Source: Pseudorhodobacter sp.
Lineage (GTDB): Bacteria; Pseudomonadota; Alphaproteobacteria; Rhodobacterales; Rhodobacteraceae
NCBI GenBank assembly: GCA_031406155.1
Contig: JANOGW010000049.1
Location: 582 to 64,581, forward strand
Direction: 5' to 3'
DNA length: 64,000 nt
Shown: positions 44,330 to 52,591 of the stretch, piece by piece
Layout: each line of letters begins with the position of its first letter
Position numbering within the stretch: position 1 is the first letter of the stretch
Position numbers and translations under genes: made by a program
Notes under the pieces: model-generated
What the model was told of the DNA's origin: nothing
Seen by the model: the letters and a program-made list of their open reading frames with translations, nothing else
Databases searched by the model: none

Positions 44330-45740
44330 GATGACCCCAATTTGGCGCAAAATGCGCCCGATCTGCGTTTTTGCGGTTGCATTGGGCGCCCTTGCCGGTT
44401 GTGCCAGGGACACGCCCTATACCGCCCCCGCCTTTGCCTTCCAGCACTCGTATCTTGGCCACAAAAGCGGCGTGCCGGTGCTTTTGGAAAACACAGCCTG
44501 GTGGAAAGGCTTCAAGGACCCCACACTTGACCGTCTTGTTGACCGCGCGTTGCGCGACAACCTGAGCCTTGCCGCCGCCAAGGAACGCATCGTGGAGGCG
44601 CAGGCAACGCTGACCGCCGTTCCAAGCAATGCCACCCTGAGCCCGAGCCTGGGCGTCCGGCGATCGGAAAGCCTGGGCGGTGCGCCACAGACCCGCAGCG
44701 AAGCCTCGCTCGGGCTGTCGTGGCTGCTTGATCCGTCCGGCGCGCGGCGCCAGCAGATCAAGGCGGCCCGTGCCCGCATCGAAGTTGCCGACGCCGAGAC
44801 GGATGCAGCACAGTTGCTGGTCCTGCTCAATCTGGCCAATGCCTATGTCGATCTGCGCTTCAGCCAGCAGGTGCTGCGTATTCGCCATCAAGAGATCAGG
44901 GCTCGCAACAGGACGCTGGATCTGACCCAGACGCTGTTTGACCGAAGTGCGGCGACCCGGCTTGATCTGGTCCGCGCCGAGGCCCGCCTGAGCGAGGCCG
45001 AGGCCGCATTGCCAACCGCACGCGCCGCCATTCAAAGCCAGAAATATCAGATTGCCGTTTTGCTGGGCACCGCCCCCGGCACCCTGGACATCAGCCTCGA
45101 GGATGGCCTGATGCCACATCCGGGTATGTCGGCCAATGTGGGCATCCCTGCGGATATCTTGCGCAATCGCCCCGATATCAGGATTGCCGAGCGGGTCTAT
45201 TATGCAAGTGTCGCCGAAACCGGCGTGGCGCGGGCGCAGCTGTACCCCCAGTTATCGCTTGGCGGTGCCATCACGCTGGCCTCGATTGCCAGCGGTATAC
45301 GGGGGGCGGAATACTTCTTCGGCCCGACCCTGACCCTGCCATCCTTGCCCAACGGGCCGCGCAGAGGCGCGCTTGCCGCTCAGGAATCGCGCGTGCGCCA
45401 GGCGCATACGGCGTGGCAATCCACCGTTCTGGATGCCATCCGCGAGGTTGAAACGGCCATCACGAACTATTCCGCCAGCGCCGCCGCAGCGCGCGCCGCA
45501 GAAAAAACGGTACGACTGTACCGCGAGGCGGCCGATCTGACGCGCGATCTGGTGCTGCGCGACAGTGCCACGCTGAATGATCTGCTGGATGATGAAGAAT
45601 CAATCACCAGTGCTGAATTGACGCTGGCGCAGAATCAGCGCCAGCAAAGTCTGGGCTTTATCAATCTGAACGTGAGCCTTGGATCGGGGCACGCCTCTGG
45701 GCAGATGTCTGGGCAGGATGTCGCCCTTGGTTCCAACTGA
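44328..45740 (+). CDS. Outer-membrane factor lipoprotein (TolC/NodT family)
   Basis: Lipobox ALGALAGC, followed by the two-repeat alpha/beta OMF pattern (WWKGFKDPTLDRLV..., LYPQLSLGG...). Confidence 0.85.
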   Translation: MMTPIWRKMRPICVFAVALGALAGCARDTPYTAPAFAFQHSYLGHKSGVPVLLENTAWWKGFKDPTLDRLVDRALRDNLSLAAAKERIVEAQATLTAVPSNATLSPSLGVRRSESLGGAPQTRSEASLGLSWLLDPSGARRQQIKAARARIEVADAETDAAQLLVLLNLANAYVDLRFSQQVLRIRHQEIRARNRTLDLTQTLFDRSAATRLDLVRAEARLSEAEAALPTARAAIQSQKYQIAVLLGTAPGTLDISLEDGLMPHPGMSANVGIPADILRNRPDIRIAERVYYASVAETGVARAQLYPQLSLGGAITLASIASGIRGAEYFFGPTLTLPSLPNGPRRGALAAQESRVRQAHTAWQSTVLDAIREVETAITNYSASAAAARAAEKTVRLYREAADLTRDLVLRDSATLNDLLDDEESITSAELTLAQNQRQQSLGFINLNVSLGSGHASGQMSGQDVALGSN

Positions 45741-46036
45741 TTGAGCGGCGTTCCGCGCAGCTTTTCTCACATTGCTACCTGATTGTTGCCATCCCTGAGA
45801 GGGGATGCGATTAAATTGGCACAGGCGACAATAATCTTAAACTCCTGATTTGTAACGAAAGATGATGACGGATTGGAAACAATCCGAAGGAAGAGGCATG
45901 TCTTTCCAGACAATGAACACGCCTTTGCCTTAATCCAGTCGCGATGCTGCCGCGAAAGACTGGAGATTGTCGGATCAGGGAAAACGACATCAAAAACTGT
46001 GTGTTTCTGCACGCAAAAACTCGGAAGGTACTCTGA

Positions 46037-47905
46037 ATGGCAAACTTCATGGTTTCAAATAGCGCGCAGCTGACTGCGGCACTTAATCAAGCCTCCGGGG
46101 GGGACAAGATTCTCCTGGCGACGGGGAATTACGGCGACTTTTCATTTTCCGGAAAAAGTTTCGCATCTGATGTGACGATTGTTTCACAGAATGTGGATAA
46201 ACCGGCGACTTTCAACACGATATCGATGACCAACGTTGGTCATGTGAAAATTGACAGTGTGTTTGTTGACTTCAAGCCCACCGCGCAAACCCTCGATCAC
46301 CATGCTGGTCTGAGCGTGCGTGACGGCACCAATATCACCATCACCAATTCCGTTTTCGAGGGGGGTGTTTCGCCCAATGATGGTCTGCTGATTGGCCGCG
46401 GAATTGCTGTGCTTGGCGGTCAGAATATCGACATCACCAATAACGATGTCTCGCAGTTCCGCCGCGGCATTCTGACCTCTGATATCAACGATTTGAATGT
46501 CAGCTACAACCACGTGCACAACAACCGCACCACCACGCTGAGCGGTGGCGATGTCAGCAATGCGGTGATCGAGGGCAATCATCTGGAAAGCTCGAAGCCA
46601 AACAACTTTGGCGGGGCCGGCGATCACGGCGACTTCATTCATTACTGGACGATGCCCGATCAGACCGGAGCGAGCACGAATTTCGTGATCCGCAACAACT
46701 TCATCGAGCAGGGCACCGGGACCGGGCTGCTGGGGATCTATCTGGATAACAACAGCAATCCACAGGGCTTCACCAAGGTTCTGATCGAGAATAACGTGAT
46801 CCACAACAGCAACGGCCAAGGCATCCGTCTGGAAGACGTGAATGGTGGAACCGTGCGCAACAACACGCTTTTGCAGTCAAACGGTGACTATCACACAGCA
46901 CCGCGCATCCGGGTGGAAGATGGCAGCAAGAACATCGTGCTTGAGAACAATATTGTCTCGAACACCACCGTGGGTAAGGGGTTTGACAATGCCGCTGCCA
47001 ACAACATCGTGGAACGGGGCACCATCGTTGTTCAGCATGACAGCGCGTCAGAGCCCAACTATGTCGGCAAGCTGTTTGCGAATCTGCCGATCAGCAACGG
47101 CAATCTTGCGGATCTTCAGAAAATCCCGGGCGCATTGCCTGCCAATGCTGGTGCCAACCTGACACCCGGCATGCTGGATGCGGGCAATGATACCGGCGGC
47201 GCCACGGGTGGCGGAGGCAGCGCCGGTGGCGGTGTGGTCGGTGGCGGTGTGGTCGGTGGCGGTACGGGCGGCGGAGGCAGCGCTGGTGGCGGTACGGGCG
47301 GTGGAGGCGTTGTGACGCCCCCGGTCCTGGACGACTATGTGCTTGATTTCGTCAAGCTGATCGGAACACAGCAGCTTATTGGCAATGCCAACGTGGTCAC
47401 GACCACTGACGGCCCTGTACTGCGCTTTGACGGAGCCGGAGATTATGCCAAGCTGGGCCGCCTGACGCAGTTCGAGAAAAGCCAGGAACTTTCCGTCTCG
47501 ATCGACTACGAAAAGGATGCCGCTGGCGGTGGTGAGGACCGTTTGTTCTGGAATCACAAGAAGCTTGGCGTTTCAGTGGTCGATGATGGTCTGGTGGTTT
47601 ATGTCGGGACTGCGGATGGAAAGTTTACACCGATCTCAATCAAGAACCTGGGCCTGAATGATGCGGACAAGCACAGCATCTCTGTCATCGTGGATGCGAC
47701 GGCTGACAGGCTTCAGGTCGTGGTTGATAATAAGCTGGTGCTGGATAATGACGATCTTGATTTCCAGCTTGCTGGTTCTGGTGGCCGCGAATGGGGCTGG
47801 TCGCTGGGCACCGCTTGGGGCCGCGACCTTGATGGCGACATCAGTGATTTCAGCATTGAGGCCAATGCAGACTTTGTGGATGGCCCAGTGGCCTTGATGG
47901 GCTAA
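46037..47905 (+). CDS. Secreted right-handed parallel beta-helix protein with Gly-rich linker and C-terminal LamG/concanavalin-like domain; likely a T1SS substrate and polysaccharide-active enzyme
   Basis: At least eight PbH1-like turns (NITITNSVFEGG, NIDITNNDVSQF, LNVSYNHVHNN, AVIEGNHLES, FVIRNNFIEQG, VLIENNVIHNS, TVRNNTLLQS, IVLENNIVSNT). No N-terminal signal peptide. It sits immediately downstream of the T1SS genes and is visibly A/T-richer than the window. Confidence 0.7.
   Translation: MANFMVSNSAQLTAALNQASGGDKILLATGNYGDFSFSGKSFASDVTIVSQNVDKPATFNTISMTNVGHVKIDSVFVDFKPTAQTLDHHAGLSVRDGTNITITNSVFEGGVSPNDGLLIGRGIAVLGGQNIDITNNDVSQFRRGILTSDINDLNVSYNHVHNNRTTTLSGGDVSNAVIEGNHLESSKPNNFGGAGDHGDFIHYWTMPDQTGASTNFVIRNNFIEQGTGTGLLGIYLDNNSNPQGFTKVLIENNVIHNSNGQGIRLEDVNGGTVRNNTLLQSNGDYHTAPRIRVEDGSKNIVLENNIVSNTTVGKGFDNAAANNIVERGTIVVQHDSASEPNYVGKLFANLPISNGNLADLQKIPGALPANAGANLTPGMLDAGNDTGGATGGGGSAGGGVVGGGVVGGGTGGGGSAGGGTGGGGVVTPPVLDDYVLDFVKLIGTQQLIGNANVVTTTDGPVLRFDGAGDYAKLGRLTQFEKSQELSVSIDYEKDAAGGGEDRLFWNHKKLGVSVVDDGLVVYVGTADGKFTPISIKNLGLNDADKHSISVIVDATADRLQVVVDNKLVLDNDDLDFQLAGSGGREWGWSLGTAWGRDLDGDISDFSIEANADFVDGPVALMG
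47195..47315 (+). repeat. Coding tandem/dispersed GGN repeats giving a ~40-aa Gly-rich linker
   Basis: It encodes GGATGGGGSAGGGVVGGGVVGGGTGGGGSAGGGTGGGGVV. The 15-nt unit GGTGTGGTCGGTGGC is duplicated at 47231-47260. GG(T/C)GGCGGAGGCAGCGC(C/T)GGTGGCGGT occurs at ~47208 and ~47268. Confidence 0.85.
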
Positions 47906-47929
47906 CGCCTAACAAGACACGAAAAGCAG

Positions 47930-47963
47930 TTGGGCAGCCTTCAGGGGCTGCCCAATGTTTTTT
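47930..47963 (+). terminator. Rho-independent terminator
   Basis: 10-bp perfect stem TTGGGCAGCC / GGCTGCCCAA (47930-47939 / 47946-47955), 6-nt loop, then TGTTTTTT. It lies 25 nt after the stop of the beta-helix gene. Confidence 0.75.
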
Positions 47964-48091
47964 GATCTTTGGTTTTATTGACGTCGGTTAAGATCACTTC
48001 AGGCGATGAAAGAAGCACCGGAGCCGATCTAATCTTGTGAAGATATGCCTGTCTTTCGAAAAAACAGGTGTTTGCTTCTGTCGGACAAACT

Positions 48092-49546
48092 TTACCGGAA
48101 CGGCTTCAGCCAGCGTTTTACCGAAGACGGGATTCGGCGTGTTATTTCCCGCCGTAAAAACCGCAACTTGTCCAGCCCAATGGCGCGGTTGACCGGAACG
48201 TTTAGAAGTTCTGGCCAGAGGCTTCCCATATAGTCACGGTAAAACCGGGCTTCGAGCCGGTAGGAGGTCGGAAGCGAAAGTGATATCTCACTCAGCCTCT
48301 GGCCGGAAAAGGGATAGAGGGATGGCAGATCAACCGGATGGCCGTAAATCGCCGCACCTGCCCAACAGCCATGGATCTGTTCGATCTTTGCCAGATCAAG
48401 AACCATGACGGCGTCCGCGCCAGCGGGAATGCCGTCGAGCCAGGCCTGGCCCGCGGCCCGCACCGCCGGAGAGTCGGGAACCCGGATGCGTTTCAGAAGG
48501 CTTGTGATATCAATCCTGGGTGCAGTGGTATCGTCCTGCGTCCAGTTTGTCGCGCGTGGCAGCTCTGATCCGGTGCCGCTGATCGGGTTGTTCACCGGGG
48601 CATTGGCGATGGTGGTCGCGACCAGTTCGGCGACAGGATCGTACATCGAATATCCGGTCCGCCGCAGCCAGGCGTTCACCTGCTCCCGACTTGACGGCAG
48701 GAAGGTGACATTTCGATGGGCGACCCCCGCAAGTTTGGTCACCCGGCTGCTGACATACATATCAAGGCTGTTCGGTTCACCGAACGTCTCGCAGCGCAGA
48801 TTTTGGGCATGGTCACGCCCTGCTGCAAGCACCATGCGCGAATCATGTCCGCCGCTGAGGTAAAGCACGGTTTCCCCCTGCGCGAGAATGGCGCGCATGT
48901 GGCGCTTCACGATGCGCCCGGCCTCTTCCGCCAGGGCGCGGGCCTCGGCTTGGGTCATCTCCGGCCTGCGGCAGAACTCTGCCGTGGGCCAGATCCGGCG
49001 TGCCGAAAAATCTGTCAGGTCAAGTGCGTGGTTGGGCATAAGCCGGTGCGCGCCCTGACGGGAGGTCAGACCGAAGGGCAGAAAGCCGCGCCGCTTGGGA
49101 AAATCGAAGATCGCATTCACATCAGTCGCCTGGGCCAGCGGCGAGACGGCATCAAGAAGCGTCACCGAAGAGGCAATGGCCCGGTCCACCGGGCAATAGG
49201 AGGCGGGCAGATTGCCGGAACTGTCTTCGCGAAACAGCAGCCGGCCATCAGCGGCCTTCCACAGCATGACGAACCGGCCCGCAAGGCTTGTGAAAAGATC
49301 CTCCACCCTGGTCCCTGGCGGCAGATCGATATCGCCGTTCTTGCGATGAAAGGTCTCTCCGCTGATCACCCAACCGATCAGACGCCCATTGTCCGTGCCG
49401 TCAGGCCCAAGCAGACGCAGAACCGGCACGGCAGATGCCGTCTGGATATGCACGCTTTCGTAGGCGCAGGACTGCCCGGCGATGACGGGCCCCGGTGCGA
49501 CATGGCTGATCCGCCACTGCTTCGGGAAATCGCTAAAATCAACCAA
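48092..49546 (-). CDS. Asparagine-synthetase-like PP-loop ATP pyrophosphatase lacking the N-terminal catalytic Cys
   Basis: PP-loop YLSGGHDSRMV. The N-terminal half keeps the AsnB-like FREDSSGNLPASY (RD..G..P.Y) motif. The protein starts MVDFSD, not MCG. Confidence 0.6.
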   Translation of the reverse strand: MVDFSDFPKQWRISHVAPGPVIAGQSCAYESVHIQTASAVPVLRLLGPDGTDNGRLIGWVISGETFHRKNGDIDLPPGTRVEDLFTSLAGRFVMLWKAADGRLLFREDSSGNLPASYCPVDRAIASSVTLLDAVSPLAQATDVNAIFDFPKRRGFLPFGLTSRQGAHRLMPNHALDLTDFSARRIWPTAEFCRRPEMTQAEARALAEEAGRIVKRHMRAILAQGETVLYLSGGHDSRMVLAAGRDHAQNLRCETFGEPNSLDMYVSSRVTKLAGVAHRNVTFLPSSREQVNAWLRRTGYSMYDPVAELVATTIANAPVNNPISGTGSELPRATNWTQDDTTAPRIDITSLLKRIRVPDSPAVRAAGQAWLDGIPAGADAVMVLDLAKIEQIHGCWAGAAIYGHPVDLPSLYPFSGQRLSEISLSLPTSYRLEARFYRDYMGSLWPELLNVPVNRAIGLDKLRFLRREITRRIPSSVKRWLKPFR

Positions 49547-49701
49547 TTACAGCTCCACAGTTCTTACTTTGGATCGTTTGTCCGTTGTCGGCCCAAATTT
49601 TTACCGACTTTTCCGGTCCATGTGATGGGCTGGGGATAACATTTTGTCCATCACAGAAATGCAGCCTGTCGCGGTTTCCTGCCACCCCGGGGGCACACGT
49701 G

Positions 49702-51204
49702 TTATGGGTCATCCGCTGTGTGCCGGGGCGGTGTTGGCGTGCGGGCATAGGTAGTATTCTTGCCCGGCTGATGTCTGGGGGCGGGGGCCTTGCGCGCAAG
49801 GACGGGGCGTTGTTCGACATCCCGGCTGTGGGGGGTGAGTGTCCTGTCGGCAAAGTCGCGGCTGTAGCTGATCTTTGGCCGCAACGCAGTCTGTCCGGCT
49901 GGGCCGGATTGTGCGCCGGTGTCGGCTTTCGCGGTCAGGAACCACATGCCGGCCCCAAACAGGAAGAACACAAAGGAATAGATCGATGTCCACACATGCA
50001 CGGTACACAGCGTCAGCGTCAGGCCGGCGAATGTGATGACCCAGGCGCGGCGCAACTGCCACAGGCGGGGGTCGGCATCAAAGTTGCGCCGCCCGACCTT
50101 CCACAATGCAGGAAGGTAGCCCAGGATCAGCAGGAAGAACCCGGGAACTCCATAGCGCACGGCATTGACCAGCCAGAAATTATCCATGCTGCCCGAGCGC
50201 ATGAAGAAAGGCCGCACCCAATCATTCAGACCGATGCCGAAAATCGGGTTCGCGCGCACATTGACCATGCCCCATTCGAAGATGATGCTGCGCCAATAGG
50301 CGTTATGCGCCGAGAATGTCGCGTAGGTCATGAACACCTTGATCGGCGTGCGGTTCGACAGAAGGTCGATCGTCACATAGGCCATGACGAACAGGCCAAA
50401 CAGGATCAGCCAGCGCTGCCGCACGCTGCTCAGTGAAAAGGCCCAGAAGATCAGGAAGAACTGCAACAGGATCGGCAGCAGGGCGCCACTGGAAAGGGAT
50501 ACGAAAACGCAAAAGCAAATGATGCCGCCGGCAATGTAGCGGGTGGCCGTGCTTGCAATGCCTTTCATCCCCACGAACAGAAGCGAGAAAGCCGTTCCGC
50601 AGAAAAGCCCGTAATGGATGGGATGCGCGAACAGGGCCTGAACCCGCTCCAGACCCATGCGAGGGTCGATATTGACGATGCCGACGCTGGTGATGCCCGG
50701 AATTTTCCGGATCCACTCCAGAACAATGGGGCGCCCGGTCATCGTCTCGAACAAGGCAAGCGGCAGCGTGCAACAGACCATGATGACAAAAACCCGGATC
50801 AGGGCCAGAAAATCATCAGCCGACCGGATATAGGCTCTGCCGACCAGATAACCGCCCAGAAATTCCACACTTGTCGATCCGGCATTCTGGATCACACGGT
50901 CGGGATTATTGACTGCGATCGCGATCGCTGCCCAACCAATATGGAGAAAAAAGAAAAGATCCGTCCAGATCAGCCGCCCGTATTTTCCGCGCGCCAGATT
51001 GATGGACAACGGGATGACCATCAGCAAAAGCAGCACCCGCTGCGCCGACAGCGCAAGAGTTCCCGCATTGAACAGAACTGGCAGGATGACCGTCAGCAGA
51101 TAAAGCTTGACGGGAAACGCAAGGCGCGCGCCAGCAGCCGGATCCAGGCTTTGCTTTGCCGCGCGACCCATGGGACGGGCTTCGTTATACGCAGTCAGGG
51201 TCAA
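49702..51204 (-). CDS. O-antigen ligase/Wzy-like polytopic membrane protein (EPS polymerase or ligase)
   Basis: About 10-12 TM helices with a large loop, the usual Wzy_C-type layout. A ~70-aa Pro/Arg-rich C-terminal tail follows. Confidence 0.65.
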   Translation of the reverse strand: MTLTAYNEARPMGRAAKQSLDPAAGARLAFPVKLYLLTVILPVLFNAGTLALSAQRVLLLLMVIPLSINLARGKYGRLIWTDLFFFLHIGWAAIAIAVNNPDRVIQNAGSTSVEFLGGYLVGRAYIRSADDFLALIRVFVIMVCCTLPLALFETMTGRPIVLEWIRKIPGITSVGIVNIDPRMGLERVQALFAHPIHYGLFCGTAFSLLFVGMKGIASTATRYIAGGIICFCVFVSLSSGALLPILLQFFLIFWAFSLSSVRQRWLILFGLFVMAYVTIDLLSNRTPIKVFMTYATFSAHNAYWRSIIFEWGMVNVRANPIFGIGLNDWVRPFFMRSGSMDNFWLVNAVRYGVPGFFLLILGYLPALWKVGRRNFDADPRLWQLRRAWVITFAGLTLTLCTVHVWTSIYSFVFFLFGAGMWFLTAKADTGAQSGPAGQTALRPKISYSRDFADRTLTPHSRDVEQRPVLARKAPAPRHQPGKNTTYARTPTPPRHTADDP

Positions 51205-51381
51205 GGTGGTTCCGTACTCCGGTTAGTCATGGGCGTCAGGATGCCTGAGCCGAGGGTCAAATCCAACTGCTCAAGTGGGGGCGGGGGTTTATCTCCCATT
51301 TCGCCTTGTTTGGCGAAAGAGGCAAGGATAGGGTTTACGGTCTGTAACAGTGATATAAGTCAAGATTATGTGAGACCTCTG

Positions 51382-51885
51382 ATGTCTGAAAATGTGGCGA
51401 CCTACAAAAAGGCAAAACGCCGGGGGTTGAATCGCCTGTCGTGGTTGCGCAATGGTCTCGTTTCGCTTTACCGCCTCTATTACACGCGGATGTGGGGGAT
51501 GGATATCCACCCCACGGCCCAGTTTTCGCTGTCGGCGAAATTTGACCGGACGTTTCCGAAGGGCGTGCATGTGGGGCGGGCCAGCTATGTGGCCTTTGAC
51601 GCCCGCATTTTGACCCATGACCGCACCCGCGGGCTTTATGTGCACACAAGGATTGGCGAGAACTGCTTTATTGGTGGCTGCAGCCTGATCCTGCCGGGGG
51701 TCGAAATTGGCAATAACAGTGTCGTGGGTGCCGGATCTGTAGTGACGAAATCCGTGCCGCCCCGGTCTTTGGTGGCAGGCAATCCGGCGCGGATCTTGCG
51801 GTCCGATATCGAGGTTACCGAATACGGGCGTTTCCTTTCGGCGGACGCGACCGAAAGCACATTGGCAGAACAAGGGCTGACGTGA
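51382..51885 (+). CDS. Hexapeptide-repeat (LbH) acyl/acetyltransferase
   Basis: Only the last 167 codons of the 423-aa track ORF are used (ATG 51382). The repeat region is IGENCFIGGCSLILPGVEIGNNSVVGAGSVVTKSVPPRSLVAGNPARIL. Confidence 0.8.
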   Translation: MSENVATYKKAKRRGLNRLSWLRNGLVSLYRLYYTRMWGMDIHPTAQFSLSAKFDRTFPKGVHVGRASYVAFDARILTHDRTRGLYVHTRIGENCFIGGCSLILPGVEIGNNSVVGAGSVVTKSVPPRSLVAGNPARILRSDIEVTEYGRFLSADATESTLAEQGLT

Positions 51886-52586
51886 ACGGGACGTGGCGCC
51901 GGGGGCTTGCCGTTGTCGTAATTGCGGGGCTCGGCAGCCTGTTTCTGATCTCATCCCCGCCGAAAGGCGCCGCAGACCGGCCGCTTTTGCCGCTTTTTAT
52001 TGCAGCTAACGCCCCGGTAACAGTTATTTTCATTGGTACCAGCCTGACGGCGGGCGATCCCTGGCCTGATCTGGTGATAGAACGGCTGCGGGATTGTGTT
52101 GCTCATCCGCTGCGCGCCCGGCAAATTGCCGAAGGCGGCGTCACCTCGGCCTGGGGTCTGTCGCAGACTCAGGCGGTAATTGCCGCCGTCCCCGATCTGG
52201 TTGTGCTGGAATTTGCCATCAACGATGCGGATCTGCGGCGCGGCCTGTCTTTAAGCGACAGCCGGGATAATCATCGCACCCTGCTTGCCCGCCTGAAACA
52301 GGGTCTGCCAAAGGCGCGGATCATCTTGATGACCACAAATCCGGCCACCGGACTGCGCCGGCTGCTGCGCCCGCGCCTTGCCGCCTATTACGCGCAATAC
52401 CGCACCCTTGCCGCCGAGATGGATGTCGGGCTGATCGATCTTTACCCGCGCTGGCTGGCCTTGCCGCGTGCGGCGCAGGGGCTGACGGACGGCGTCCATC
52501 CCGCACCTGACAGTGCCGCCCTAGTGATTGTTCCCGTCGTTACCGCCTATCTTGGCGGCCTTCTCGGGCAGACCTGCACGCCCTGA
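51882..52586 (+). CDS. SGNH/GDSL-family hydrolase
   Basis: Block I FIGTSLTAG, block III EFAINDA and block V DGVHP. GTG 51882 overlaps the upstream TGA (GTGA). Confidence 0.75.
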   Translation: MNGTWRRGLAVVVIAGLGSLFLISSPPKGAADRPLLPLFIAANAPVTVIFIGTSLTAGDPWPDLVIERLRDCVAHPLRARQIAEGGVTSAWGLSQTQAVIAAVPDLVVLEFAINDADLRRGLSLSDSRDNHRTLLARLKQGLPKARIILMTTNPATGLRRLLRPRLAAYYAQYRTLAAEMDVGLIDLYPRWLALPRAAQGLTDGVHPAPDSAALVIVPVVTAYLGGLLGQTCTP

Positions 52587-52591
52587 TGGGG

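Noticed and set aside
41057-45740. T1SS as the dedicated exporter of the NRPS/PKS product
   Set aside because: PrtD/HlyD/TolC-type systems export proteins. This one is separated from the BGC by the replicon and is directly followed by a signal-less secreted-type protein, which is the simpler cargo assignment.
47195-47315. Gly-rich stretch as an RTX calcium-binding repeat array
   Set aside because: The repeats are GGxGGGG/VVGGG without the Asp-containing GGxGxDxUx nonapeptide periodicity. It is better described as a flexible linker.
48092-49546. AsnB-like protein as a lasso-peptide cyclase (RiPP system)
   Set aside because: No small precursor ORF, transglutaminase-like B protease or RRE protein is adjacent. 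The gene is co-oriented with EPS polymerase genes, so an EPS role is more parsimonious.
50614-51381. Upstream 256 codons of the 423-aa plus-strand ORF 50614-51885
   Set aside because: This part is antisense to the Wzy/O-antigen-ligase-like membrane protein gene and has junk-like composition. Only the 3' 167 codons (from ATG 51382) form a coherent hexapeptide acetyltransferase.
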